From a virus, in the IMG/VR virus record IMGVR_UViG_3300036817_000261, positions 10,106 to 74,105 of that record: 64,000 nucleotides of DNA; one strand, given 5' to 3'. Position numbers and translations under genes: made by a program. Position 1 is the stretch's first letter, and every line of letters begins with the position of its first letter. Positions 55,068-63,320 of this stretch are shown one piece after another. The notes under the pieces are model-generated. The model was given only the letters and a program-made list of their open reading frames with translations, searched no databases and was not told the origin of the DNA.

Positions 55068-56696
55068 ATGGGCGGCGGCGGCGGCGGCGGCAATCAACAG
55101 TTTCAAGCTCAAGGGACTCCTCCTGGGTTTGATTATAATAGCGCCCAGGCCCTCAACCAGATGGCCATTGGGGGCGATATCTCGAGCTATGCGTTAAGTG
55201 ACGCGGATTTTGCTAACCGTTATCCGGCGCTCCAGAATGCTTACAACCAGTGGCAATCTAACCTGGGCCAGCAAGTCAACGCTGCCGGAGCTGCTACCGG
55301 TGGGCTCCAGAACGTCATGGGTGGGTTAGCTAACCAGATTGCAGGCCGCAACGCCGCTCCGACGACCAGCGACATCAATTCCATCCGTAACGCCGCTTCG
55401 ACCGTGGGTGGCGCAGTCCAGCCGATCATGGGCCTAGGAGCCCAGCAAGCCAGTCTAGCCCAGCCCATCATCAATTACGGTGCTCAGCAAGCGGGACTGG
55501 GTGCGCAACAAGCGGCGCAAGGTTACCAACAGATAGGGATGGGTGGCCAGATCGGTGCCATGGGGGGCCGGATGGCTGGGATGGGAGGCCAACTCTATGG
55601 CCAGGGCCAACAACTCTCCAGCATGGCGGCCACTCCTTACGCTTTAGGCCAGCAACTCTTGCAGGAGCCGATTGATCCTCAGACTCAGCAGCAGATGATG
55701 CGGGCTGGATTAGGAAGTACTCTGGGGGCTGGATTAGGCGCAGCCTCTTTAGGCCAAGGAATGGCCGGACAAGCCGCTGCTGCCCGCCAGCTGGGTTTAA
55801 ACACGCTGCAGTATGGCCAAGCCATGCGGGCCGAGGGCACGGGCGATATCTCCCAAGCCGCCTCTATTATGGGCCAAGGCGGCCAGCTCTCGGGACTTGG
55901 CGCGCAAACTTACGGTCAAGGCGCACAGACAGTTGGCCTTGGCGCGCAGACGATTGGGGCCGGAGCTGGGACGATCGGAGCTGGTGCTGGGACGATCGGC
56001 GCTGGTGGCCAGACCATGGGACTAGGAGCAAATGTCTTGGGTCAAGGGGCCCAGACCTACGGACTGGGAGCCAATGTCGCAAACCAAGCTGGCCAGCTTT
56101 CCAGTGCTGCCCAACAAGCCCAGGAACAGTACGGGATGGATACGTCCCAGATGGCCAACACCTATGGGACGCTCCAAAATCAGCAGGCCATGAATCTGAT
56201 GCTGAACATGCAGACCGCCGGGAACATGTTCCAAAAGAGGCCCTTCGGGCTAGGCGGCACCAACATGGCCCAGACCGAATTGGGGCAGGCCGGAGCCTAT
56301 AACAGTTTTCAGCAGGCAAATTATGCGACCATGAACGGGATCGCCTTTAATTCGGCTCAGCTCAATGCTCAGAATAATCAGGCCGCAGCCCAGCAGCAAT
56401 CGGCGACGACCGGCGCTCTGGTCTCAGCGGGTTCAACCGCAGCGGTAGTCGGAGCCACCGCTGCAGGCGCAGCTTGCTGGGTCGCGCGCGCCGCATTCGG
56501 AGAAGACTCGCCTAAGTGGCGCATCTTCCGGCACTGGCTCATGAACAAAGCCCCCAGGACGCTCCGCCGTCTCTATCTGGTCTATGGACCTAGCTTCGCC
56601 CCTAAAGTACGCGCAAACAGGCTGCTAGGGGGCTTGGCGAGGCGATTAATGGACCTTGCGATCAACCGGACCACCTACGTATGCCTACCCGCTTAG
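55068..56696 (+). CDS. Gly/Gln/Ala-rich ejection (pilot)-like protein with C-terminal CWVAR domain
   Basis: MGGGGGGG start, heptad glycine repeats, CWVARAAFG...FRHWL...LYLVYGP tail. Confidence 0.7.
   Translation: MGGGGGGGNQQFQAQGTPPGFDYNSAQALNQMAIGGDISSYALSDADFANRYPALQNAYNQWQSNLGQQVNAAGAATGGLQNVMGGLANQIAGRNAAPTTSDINSIRNAASTVGGAVQPIMGLGAQQASLAQPIINYGAQQAGLGAQQAAQGYQQIGMGGQIGAMGGRMAGMGGQLYGQGQQLSSMAATPYALGQQLLQEPIDPQTQQQMMRAGLGSTLGAGLGAASLGQGMAGQAAAARQLGLNTLQYGQAMRAEGTGDISQAASIMGQGGQLSGLGAQTYGQGAQTVGLGAQTIGAGAGTIGAGAGTIGAGGQTMGLGANVLGQGAQTYGLGANVANQAGQLSSAAQQAQEQYGMDTSQMANTYGTLQNQQAMNLMLNMQTAGNMFQKRPFGLGGTNMAQTELGQAGAYNSFQQANYATMNGIAFNSAQLNAQNNQAAAQQQSATTGALVSAGSTAAVVGATAAGAACWVARAAFGEDSPKWRIFRHWLMNKAPRTLRRLYLVYGPSFAPKVRANRLLGGLARRLMDLAINRTTYVCLPA
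55899..56087 (+). repeat. nine in-frame heptad repeats (GAQTxGx)
   Basis: GAQTYGQ GAQTVGL GAQTIGA GAGTIGA GAGTIGA GGQTMGL GANVLGQ GAQTYGL GANVANQ. Confidence 0.8.
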
Positions 56697-57901
56697 AGTT
56701 GCGTGAAGCTTGTGCTGAAGCCCTGAACCGGTTAACCCGCGAAGAGTTGCTCGAAAAGTTCGCGATCTCGCGAGTAGCCGATGTGACGGGACTGGATACT
56801 ATCGGGGTGCCGGTTTTCACTGCCACCCGGCCCCTTTCCCAGACCCTGTCTATCCATGCCGGGAAAGGCCTGGAAGCTAAATACTCGCGAGCTGGAGCCA
56901 TCGCTGAGGCGATTGAGTGTGAAGTGGCAGAACACCCTTTTGGTGAGTTCAAGGTGGCTGCGAGTCTGCAGCTGCCCGAAGAAGACCATCTAGCGATAGA
57001 AGATTGTTTTCCGATCCGGGCTTCGATTGTTAACGAGATGACGCCGATTGCCTGGGAGGAAGCGACCAACATCCAGAACGGGGCCGTTAAACTGGTCCCC
57101 AGCGACTTGATCTGGGTAGTAACCCGGCTGCCGGAGCAGTCGCTGATGCATTTCCAGATAGGCTCAAATGGCCTTGCGAGCGGGGCCAGCTTGGAAGACG
57201 CGATCCTCTCCGGCCTTTACGAGATCGTGGAGCGCGATGGCTGGACCTTGCACACCTACATGATGGACGTGTTAGGCATTTTAGCTAATCGGATGCCCCT
57301 AGTTAGTCTCTGCCCACAAATCGAAGAAATTGTCCGGCGTTTAGACGAACACGAGCTTAAGCTGCATCTCTTTGATTGCACCACCGATTATCAGGTGCCG
57401 GTCTTTACTGCAACCATCCTCGACCTATCCGGCAACTGTGCTGGGACCTTTGCTGGCTATGGGTGCCATCTGAATGCGGAAACGGCGGCGCTGCGGGCGG
57501 TCACCGAAGCGATCCAGGGCCGGGCCTGCTACATCTCCGGTGCACGCGATGATCTCTTGCGGCGTCAGTTCTTGCTTATGAAACATCTGGATCAAGCGCG
57601 CCTGGACCAAATGTTTAACGACCTAGAGCGAGGCAGTTCCATCAGCGAATATCGGAAAGTTGAGTTTCCTGACGTAAAGAGCGAATTGCGCTACCTCTTA
57701 AAGCTCCTAAGGAGCCGGGGCGTCAACGAAGTCTTTGTGAAAGATCTGGGCCTCCATGCTGATTGCCTGCATGTGGTGCGGGTCTTTAGCCCGCAGTGCG
57801 AGCCGCACCGGTTCGATTACTGGACCCCAGGCTTGCGCTGCCTTTCCTATGCCCAGCGCAAGCTGGAAGAACTTAAGGAGGATAAAGAATGTCCGACCTA
57901 A
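56681..57901 (+). CDS. ycaO: YcaO family protein (TfuA-associated, thioamide-forming type)
   Basis: ISRVADVTGLDTIGVPV, GKG...EAIE, SNGLASG...GLYEIVERD, RAVTEAIQGR...ISGARDDL, VVRV. Confidence 0.93.
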   Translation: MPTRLELREACAEALNRLTREELLEKFAISRVADVTGLDTIGVPVFTATRPLSQTLSIHAGKGLEAKYSRAGAIAEAIECEVAEHPFGEFKVAASLQLPEEDHLAIEDCFPIRASIVNEMTPIAWEEATNIQNGAVKLVPSDLIWVVTRLPEQSLMHFQIGSNGLASGASLEDAILSGLYEIVERDGWTLHTYMMDVLGILANRMPLVSLCPQIEEIVRRLDEHELKLHLFDCTTDYQVPVFTATILDLSGNCAGTFAGYGCHLNAETAALRAVTEAIQGRACYISGARDDLLRRQFLLMKHLDQARLDQMFNDLERGSSISEYRKVEFPDVKSELRYLLKLLRSRGVNEVFVKDLGLHADCLHVVRVFSPQCEPHRFDYWTPGLRCLSYAQRKLEELKEDKECPT

Positions 57902-59235
57902 TCCTCGTCTACCTGGGCCCCAGCCTGGAACTGGAAAAAGCCAAAAAGATTCTGCCTGATGCGCTCTACCGGCCACCAGCCCGCCAAGGTGACATCGTCA
58001 GCGATGTGATTAACTTGAATCCGTCAATCGTGATCCTGATTGATGGCGAATTCCGCCAGAACCTGAGCCCCTGGCACAAGGAGATCGTTTATGCGCTCCA
58101 ACACCCAGGCGTCAAAGCCATTTACGGAGCAGCTTCAATCGGAGCCTTGCGCGCGGTCGAGCTGGGCTTTTTAGGGATGATCGGGATCGGTCAGATCTAT
58201 GAATGGTATCGGGACGGGGTCACTGAAGATGACGCCGAAGTGGCGCTTAGCTACGGTAGGCGTGTGCGGCTTAAAGACGGCGATCCCGCCTATGCTACCC
58301 TCACAGTCCCGTTAGTTAATATTCGGGCTGGGGTTGAGCATTACCAGCGGGAGTTTGCGGATAATCCTCCCGCCATCGAGGCCGTTAACCAGTTTTTAAA
58401 GGTGATGCAGGCCACTCACTATAGCGCGCGGACCCAGGCGCTTTGCGAAGAGATCTGGGCCGGTGCATTAGGAATTAGTTTCCCTTGCATCCCGCAAAAA
58501 GAGTTAGATGCGATTGAAGCTCTTACTAACTTCTGGAGTTATTTGCCGGAGCTTAAAGTTAAGCCTACGCCGCAGCATCTATCACACGCTTTCCACGCTC
58601 TCTATGACCGGGACCGGCGCATTCCAATTGGAGGACAAGAGGTCCCTCAGCAGCATATCGATAGCTACGTGATTCTGCATAACCCGGAGTACGAGCGCAT
58701 TTGCTGGGATAGTGCGAATCAAGAACTGGCCCTGATGCTCTGCAACCTGCTTTATGTGACTGTCGACTTGAGCGAAGCCGAAATGGAGTCACACCGGTTC
58801 CAGCAACGCTGCGGGGTTAAGACCATAGAAGACTTTAAGCGGATGTTAGAAAGCAACGGTTGGACTAGGGGCGAATTCGATCGGTTAGTCATTCAGAATG
58901 CCCGGATCCGCAAGCTGCAGCACTCTTTAAGTTCTTCTAAGCATTCCCAGCGTAACACCTGTGCGATCCTCGACTATCTGCGCACGCATCAAGGCTTCGA
59001 TTACTGGGCGATTAAAGCGGCTCAGAAAGAGGCACAGATCGCGCGTCTGGGAATCGATGACTGGAATGTGGATTTAGAAACCTCGCCTTGGAAATTGTTA
59101 CATGATCAGTTTGAGGCTGAGGGGTTGGAGCTGAACTCTTCGGAGGAAGCGTATCTCTTAGAAACTGGTTTTAATAATAGACGGGAACTGGCGGTCGCAT
59201 TAGGTCGGCTGGCCGCAGCAGCGAAGGAGAATTAA
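57889..59235 (+). CDS. tfuA: TfuA-like protein with C-terminal extension
   Basis: YLGPSL, PPARQGD, IDGEF, WHKEI, GAASIGALRAVEL, GMIGIGQIY, DDAEVA, PLVNIR, QKELDA. Confidence 0.93.
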   Translation: MSDLILVYLGPSLELEKAKKILPDALYRPPARQGDIVSDVINLNPSIVILIDGEFRQNLSPWHKEIVYALQHPGVKAIYGAASIGALRAVELGFLGMIGIGQIYEWYRDGVTEDDAEVALSYGRRVRLKDGDPAYATLTVPLVNIRAGVEHYQREFADNPPAIEAVNQFLKVMQATHYSARTQALCEEIWAGALGISFPCIPQKELDAIEALTNFWSYLPELKVKPTPQHLSHAFHALYDRDRRIPIGGQEVPQQHIDSYVILHNPEYERICWDSANQELALMLCNLLYVTVDLSEAEMESHRFQQRCGVKTIEDFKRMLESNGWTRGEFDRLVIQNARIRKLQHSLSSSKHSQRNTCAILDYLRTHQGFDYWAIKAAQKEAQIARLGIDDWNVDLETSPWKLLHDQFEAEGLELNSSEEAYLLETGFNNRRELAVALGRLAAAAKEN

Positions 59236-59237
59236 CT

Positions 59238-60836
59238 ATGGCCGGTCCGCAACAATTTACCAGCTGGGATCAAGTTCAAAGCCAGTATGGCGCTGCCGTC
59301 AGCGATCAGCTGCAAGCCCTGAATGTTCCCTTAACCCAAGTAGGGAATCTGGCCCAGCAATATGGTTCGGCCTTTTCGCAGATTGGTAGCCAGACGCCCA
59401 GTGGCGGGATATACACTCCGCCTGGATTCGGAGCCTCGTTGGGCCAGGGTCAACAGCAACAGGGCCCTCCTCCAGGCACCATAAATCTAAGCGGAGCACA
59501 GGACCCGGCTTATGCATCTAACTTGTTAGGCGCACAAGCTTTGCAGGCCGTGGGGCTTAACCCCAGTAAGTCCATGACGGCTAACCAGCTCCCTGGTGCG
59601 GGAGGTGCTCCGGGTGGCAATAACTTTGCCCAAAGCGGGGTGACTCCAGTCAGCGGGCCCATGAACTACGACATCAGCGGCCAGCCGATGCCGAATGTTA
59701 ACCCGCAAATCGGCAGCGTTTTTAATGCGGTCCAACCTAATAAACCGACCGTTAGCGGCCCATTGCAACAAACCCCCGCGAACGCCAATCCTGATTGGGG
59801 GAACATGAATGCGGCGCAGCAAAAGGCCTACATGCAAGGGCAGGGCATGAAGCCAGCTGCAAGGCAGACCTATAGCGCAGAGCAGAATCAAATCCAGCAG
59901 AACCAACAAGCGGGTCTTTACATCAACCCAACCAAGCAGGCTACTGGTGCTCAAGCAGGCCAGTCCCAGCCTTTTGCGGCCCCGCCGAGCGTGCCGCCGA
60001 TCAGTGTTCCTCCCTCTACTAGTGTTCCTCCCTCCACCAGCGTTATGCCGCCAGCTGCTCCAAGTGGCACTCCCGGCGCTAACTATATGGGCGGGATAAA
60101 TAGCTTTCATCAGCTGCCTGCAGGCCATCAGCCCGCCAATATGTATGGGGAAATGGGAACGAGGGGAACGAGCGGCATCCCGGCAAGCGCGGCCATCCCT
60201 CATTTCCAAGATGGTGGCATCGTGACTGAGCCGACCCTGGCAATGGTAGGTGAGGCCGGTCCAGAAGCGATTGTGCCCCTCACTGATCCAAACTATCAGA
60301 TGCAGACTCCTCAGATCCAGGGTCAGATGCCGACCTCACAGAGTAACGCAGTCCAGCGCTTGCCTTTGACTCAGATGGGTCCGTCACCGCAGCAGCCCGC
60401 GCAGCAGCCCCCAGCGCAACAGCCCGCATTTGCCCCAAGGCCGCAGGCTCCGCCAGCTCCGGCGGGACCGACTGAAGCCCAGGCTTTGCAGGGCGGCACT
60501 CAAGTCGGACCTCCTAATCCGGCCCAACAGACTCAAGCCCAGGCGCTGCAGAGCGGAACTCAGGTCGGACCTCCTAACCCGGCTCAACAGAATAACCCGG
60601 TGTCAGCAACTGCCCAGGCAGCAGCCAATTCCGCGATTCATAACACGCTGAATAGAACAGGATTTTTGGATAAAATGCGCCCCTTGCTCGGCCAAGCTCA
60701 AAATGCCGGTGCTGCGCTTGAGCAACAGGGTCAAAGGCCCAGGGCGATGGTGCAGAATTCTATTCCCAGCCCTGATGATTTCAAAAACAAGAATAATCAG
60801 ATCTATCTAACCGGTGCCAACCAAGGGTTCGCTTAG
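59238..60836 (+). CDS. Pro/Gln-rich internal virion protein
   Basis: Low complexity; FQDGGIVTEPTLAMVGEAGPEAIVPL motif. Confidence 0.65.
   Translation: MAGPQQFTSWDQVQSQYGAAVSDQLQALNVPLTQVGNLAQQYGSAFSQIGSQTPSGGIYTPPGFGASLGQGQQQQGPPPGTINLSGAQDPAYASNLLGAQALQAVGLNPSKSMTANQLPGAGGAPGGNNFAQSGVTPVSGPMNYDISGQPMPNVNPQIGSVFNAVQPNKPTVSGPLQQTPANANPDWGNMNAAQQKAYMQGQGMKPAARQTYSAEQNQIQQNQQAGLYINPTKQATGAQAGQSQPFAAPPSVPPISVPPSTSVPPSTSVMPPAAPSGTPGANYMGGINSFHQLPAGHQPANMYGEMGTRGTSGIPASAAIPHFQDGGIVTEPTLAMVGEAGPEAIVPLTDPNYQMQTPQIQGQMPTSQSNAVQRLPLTQMGPSPQQPAQQPPAQQPAFAPRPQAPPAPAGPTEAQALQGGTQVGPPNPAQQTQAQALQSGTQVGPPNPAQQNNPVSATAQAAANSAIHNTLNRTGFLDKMRPLLGQAQNAGAALEQQGQRPRAMVQNSIPSPDDFKNKNNQIYLTGANQGFA
60471..60590 (+). 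repeat. 60-bp in-frame tandem duplication
   Basis: TEAQALQGGTQVGPPNPAQQ / TQAQALQSGTQVGPPNPAQQ. Confidence 0.85.
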
Positions 60837-60844
60837 AAAATAAT

Positions 60845-63319
60845 ATGGCAGATCCAGCCACTCAATTTCAACCGCCGGGGATGCAGGCCTCGGGGTACTC
60901 ACCTTCGGTCGTTCCCAGCGAGACTCGTGGCATCCAGCTGGCGAATTACGGGCCGATGATGCAGGCCATCGAGCAGGCCGGACAGACCATCCTTAACTCA
61001 CCACTTAACCCCGAGGTGCGTTCCCGCATGCAGCTTGCTGCCGCTGGAGCCCAGGTTGGCACCAAGGAACTCCAAGAATGGTCTAACGATCCTAATCAGC
61101 GCTGGAAGCTCGGGATGTTAGGCGGGATTAGTGGTGGCCAATTTAACTTGGCTCCGGGCTATGCCACGCCGATGGCTACTCGCGCTTTACTCTCTCCTCC
61201 TGGCGGCGGCGCAGGAAATCAGGTGGGTCCTCCTAATCCCAGTACAGTGCCGCCAGGGGATAATCCTCAGCAGCAGCAACCACAGCAACAGCCACCGGGT
61301 CAGCAACAGACTCCTCAACAGCAGCCGCAGGGCCAGAGTAATGGCTTCGGCTTTAAGACCAGTCAGGCCGACACCTCGAATCCTTTTGCTCCTCCTGGCC
61401 AGCAACCTCCAATGGCAGCGCCCGGTGGGCAGCAGGTGAATCCGAATCTCTCGGCCTCGACCGACAACGATTTTCTCTTGCGCCGCAATGCCCAACAGCA
61501 AGCTGGGCAGCAAATGGCGGATCAAGTTGGGCAGCAGGCCTTGGTTCAGTGGCAGAACAATAACCAGGGCGGCGTCATGAGTGCCGTCCAGGCTAAGGAA
61601 TGGGCGCAGCACAATCTGGATACCGACATCAATCGGGCGGTCTATTTGCCGCAGGGAGGCCCAACCGGACAGAACGGCCAAAAGGAACCGGCCTTCGCTT
61701 TTTTCGGGAAAAAAGGAGGGACAAATGTAGTCCCTATCTCCCAGATGGTTAAGGCTGGAGCCGGAGCCCTGGTTGCGGCCCAGAACTCGAGTCAGGTCTT
61801 AAATACTGCCGATCAGGCAAACAAAGCGGCCCAGCAGGTTAACCAGCAGCAACAAGGCGGCTCACCGACTCCGATGTCGGCTCAGATGGGTCAGCCGCAA
61901 GGACCTCCGGCTGCGCCCAGCGCAGTTCCGCAGACTCCAGGCGGCCAGACTGATTGGGGCGCGATGCCCGGCCAATTACCGCAGGATGAATTTAATCGCC
62001 GGGTAGCAGCGGCCACCAATGTCACTAATGCCGGGGGCCCTCCGACTACCAGCTTAACCGCGAGCGCGGCCAATGGCCCAAATGCGGCTACTTCTACGAC
62101 CGACGAGAATGGCACTCCGAAAGCCGGTCATAATGACGGCACGGTTAACTTGAGCGGCAACCCCAATTTTGTGGCTCAAACTACTGGGCTTAATAACGAC
62201 CAGTTGAATCAGATGCGGAATAGCTACCTTAAAAATGGTAGTTCAACTTTTAATCCCAATAGCTCGGATCAGTCCAATCCTGATCCGATGATTGGCAAGA
62301 CAGGTGATTTCAGCTGGTACATGTCCAATGGCGGCAAAGGACTGGCTTATGCGGTTAAACCAGGGCAAGTACCTTTTACCGAATCGCGGTTGTACGAAGG
62401 CAGCGATCACTGGGAGCAGTTCGATCCGCCCGAGCAAGCCTTGCAGCGCAACTTGATGCAATGGGATCCGAGCCTGTCGCCTGCCGAGATTCAGGGGATG
62501 AGTAAACAGCAAATGCAAGCTCGCCTGCAGGAGCAATACTACATTCAAAGAATCCTGCCTTCTCGAGGCGAAATGCAACCCGGCACTCAGGCTAATGTCG
62601 ATCATTTGCATGACGAGATTCTAGCGGCGACTCGAGTGGAGAACGCGATTAAAGGGATGAAACCCCAGCAGTACGGCCAGACCGCTCAGCAAGGCAATAC
62701 ACTGGCTCGGCAGGCCGAGACTCTACAATCTAGCGACCAACACGGGCCTTTGGGCTGGTGGAACAATGCTAGGGCCTGGGTCAATGGGTTAATCTCTGGT
62801 CAAGGTCAGGAGAATCCCAAGGTTAGTTTTATTCAGGACCAAATGAAAAACCTCGAAGGCCAAGTGGCCGGTCGAGCCGACGAGGAAGCGCCTCTTAAGC
62901 AATTAAGCGCGACGGCAGGTTCAACTACCTTCCCGACCGAGCTGCACAACTGGTTAAACCAGCGCAAACTGGATTACCAAAGATCGGTGACTGGGATCTT
63001 GGCTAATAACCAGCGGATTCCCGGCCAGTACGTGGATATGGCTAACGACATGAAGGTAGGAAAACCTTGGTGGGATCCAGCCGACACTTATGGACCCGGC
63101 TCGACCCTACAACCGGGCAATGCCGCTAAAGCCGAGCACGCCCAGTTAGCTAATCATGGAGCACCACCGGCAGCGCCCAGCCCGACTCCGAGCCCGACTC
63201 CGGCTATGGGCACCAGCCAAGCTAATCCGCTCAAGGTGAATTCGGCCCAGCAATATAACGCCGTTCCCAAAGGTACTTATTATCAAGATTCGACCGGTCG
63301 CACTTTCTTAAAGCAGTAA
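60845..63319 (+). CDS. Gln/Pro/Gly-rich internal virion (ejection) protein
   Basis: 824 aa; C-terminal QYNAVPKGTYYQDSTG motif typical of ejection proteins. Confidence 0.65.
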   Translation: MADPATQFQPPGMQASGYSPSVVPSETRGIQLANYGPMMQAIEQAGQTILNSPLNPEVRSRMQLAAAGAQVGTKELQEWSNDPNQRWKLGMLGGISGGQFNLAPGYATPMATRALLSPPGGGAGNQVGPPNPSTVPPGDNPQQQQPQQQPPGQQQTPQQQPQGQSNGFGFKTSQADTSNPFAPPGQQPPMAAPGGQQVNPNLSASTDNDFLLRRNAQQQAGQQMADQVGQQALVQWQNNNQGGVMSAVQAKEWAQHNLDTDINRAVYLPQGGPTGQNGQKEPAFAFFGKKGGTNVVPISQMVKAGAGALVAAQNSSQVLNTADQANKAAQQVNQQQQGGSPTPMSAQMGQPQGPPAAPSAVPQTPGGQTDWGAMPGQLPQDEFNRRVAAATNVTNAGGPPTTSLTASAANGPNAATSTTDENGTPKAGHNDGTVNLSGNPNFVAQTTGLNNDQLNQMRNSYLKNGSSTFNPNSSDQSNPDPMIGKTGDFSWYMSNGGKGLAYAVKPGQVPFTESRLYEGSDHWEQFDPPEQALQRNLMQWDPSLSPAEIQGMSKQQMQARLQEQYYIQRILPSRGEMQPGTQANVDHLHDEILAATRVENAIKGMKPQQYGQTAQQGNTLARQAETLQSSDQHGPLGWWNNARAWVNGLISGQGQENPKVSFIQDQMKNLEGQVAGRADEEAPLKQLSATAGSTTFPTELHNWLNQRKLDYQRSVTGILANNQRIPGQYVDMANDMKVGKPWWDPADTYGPGSTLQPGNAAKAEHAQLANHGAPPAAPSPTPSPTPAMGTSQANPLKVNSAQQYNAVPKGTYYQDSTGRTFLKQ

Positions 63320-63320
63320 G

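Noticed and set aside
55068-59235. Conventional thioamitide RiPP biosynthetic cluster
   Set aside because: No short precursor ORF, protease, transporter or other tailoring gene adjacent; flanks are tightly coupled virion genes. A distant precursor cannot be excluded
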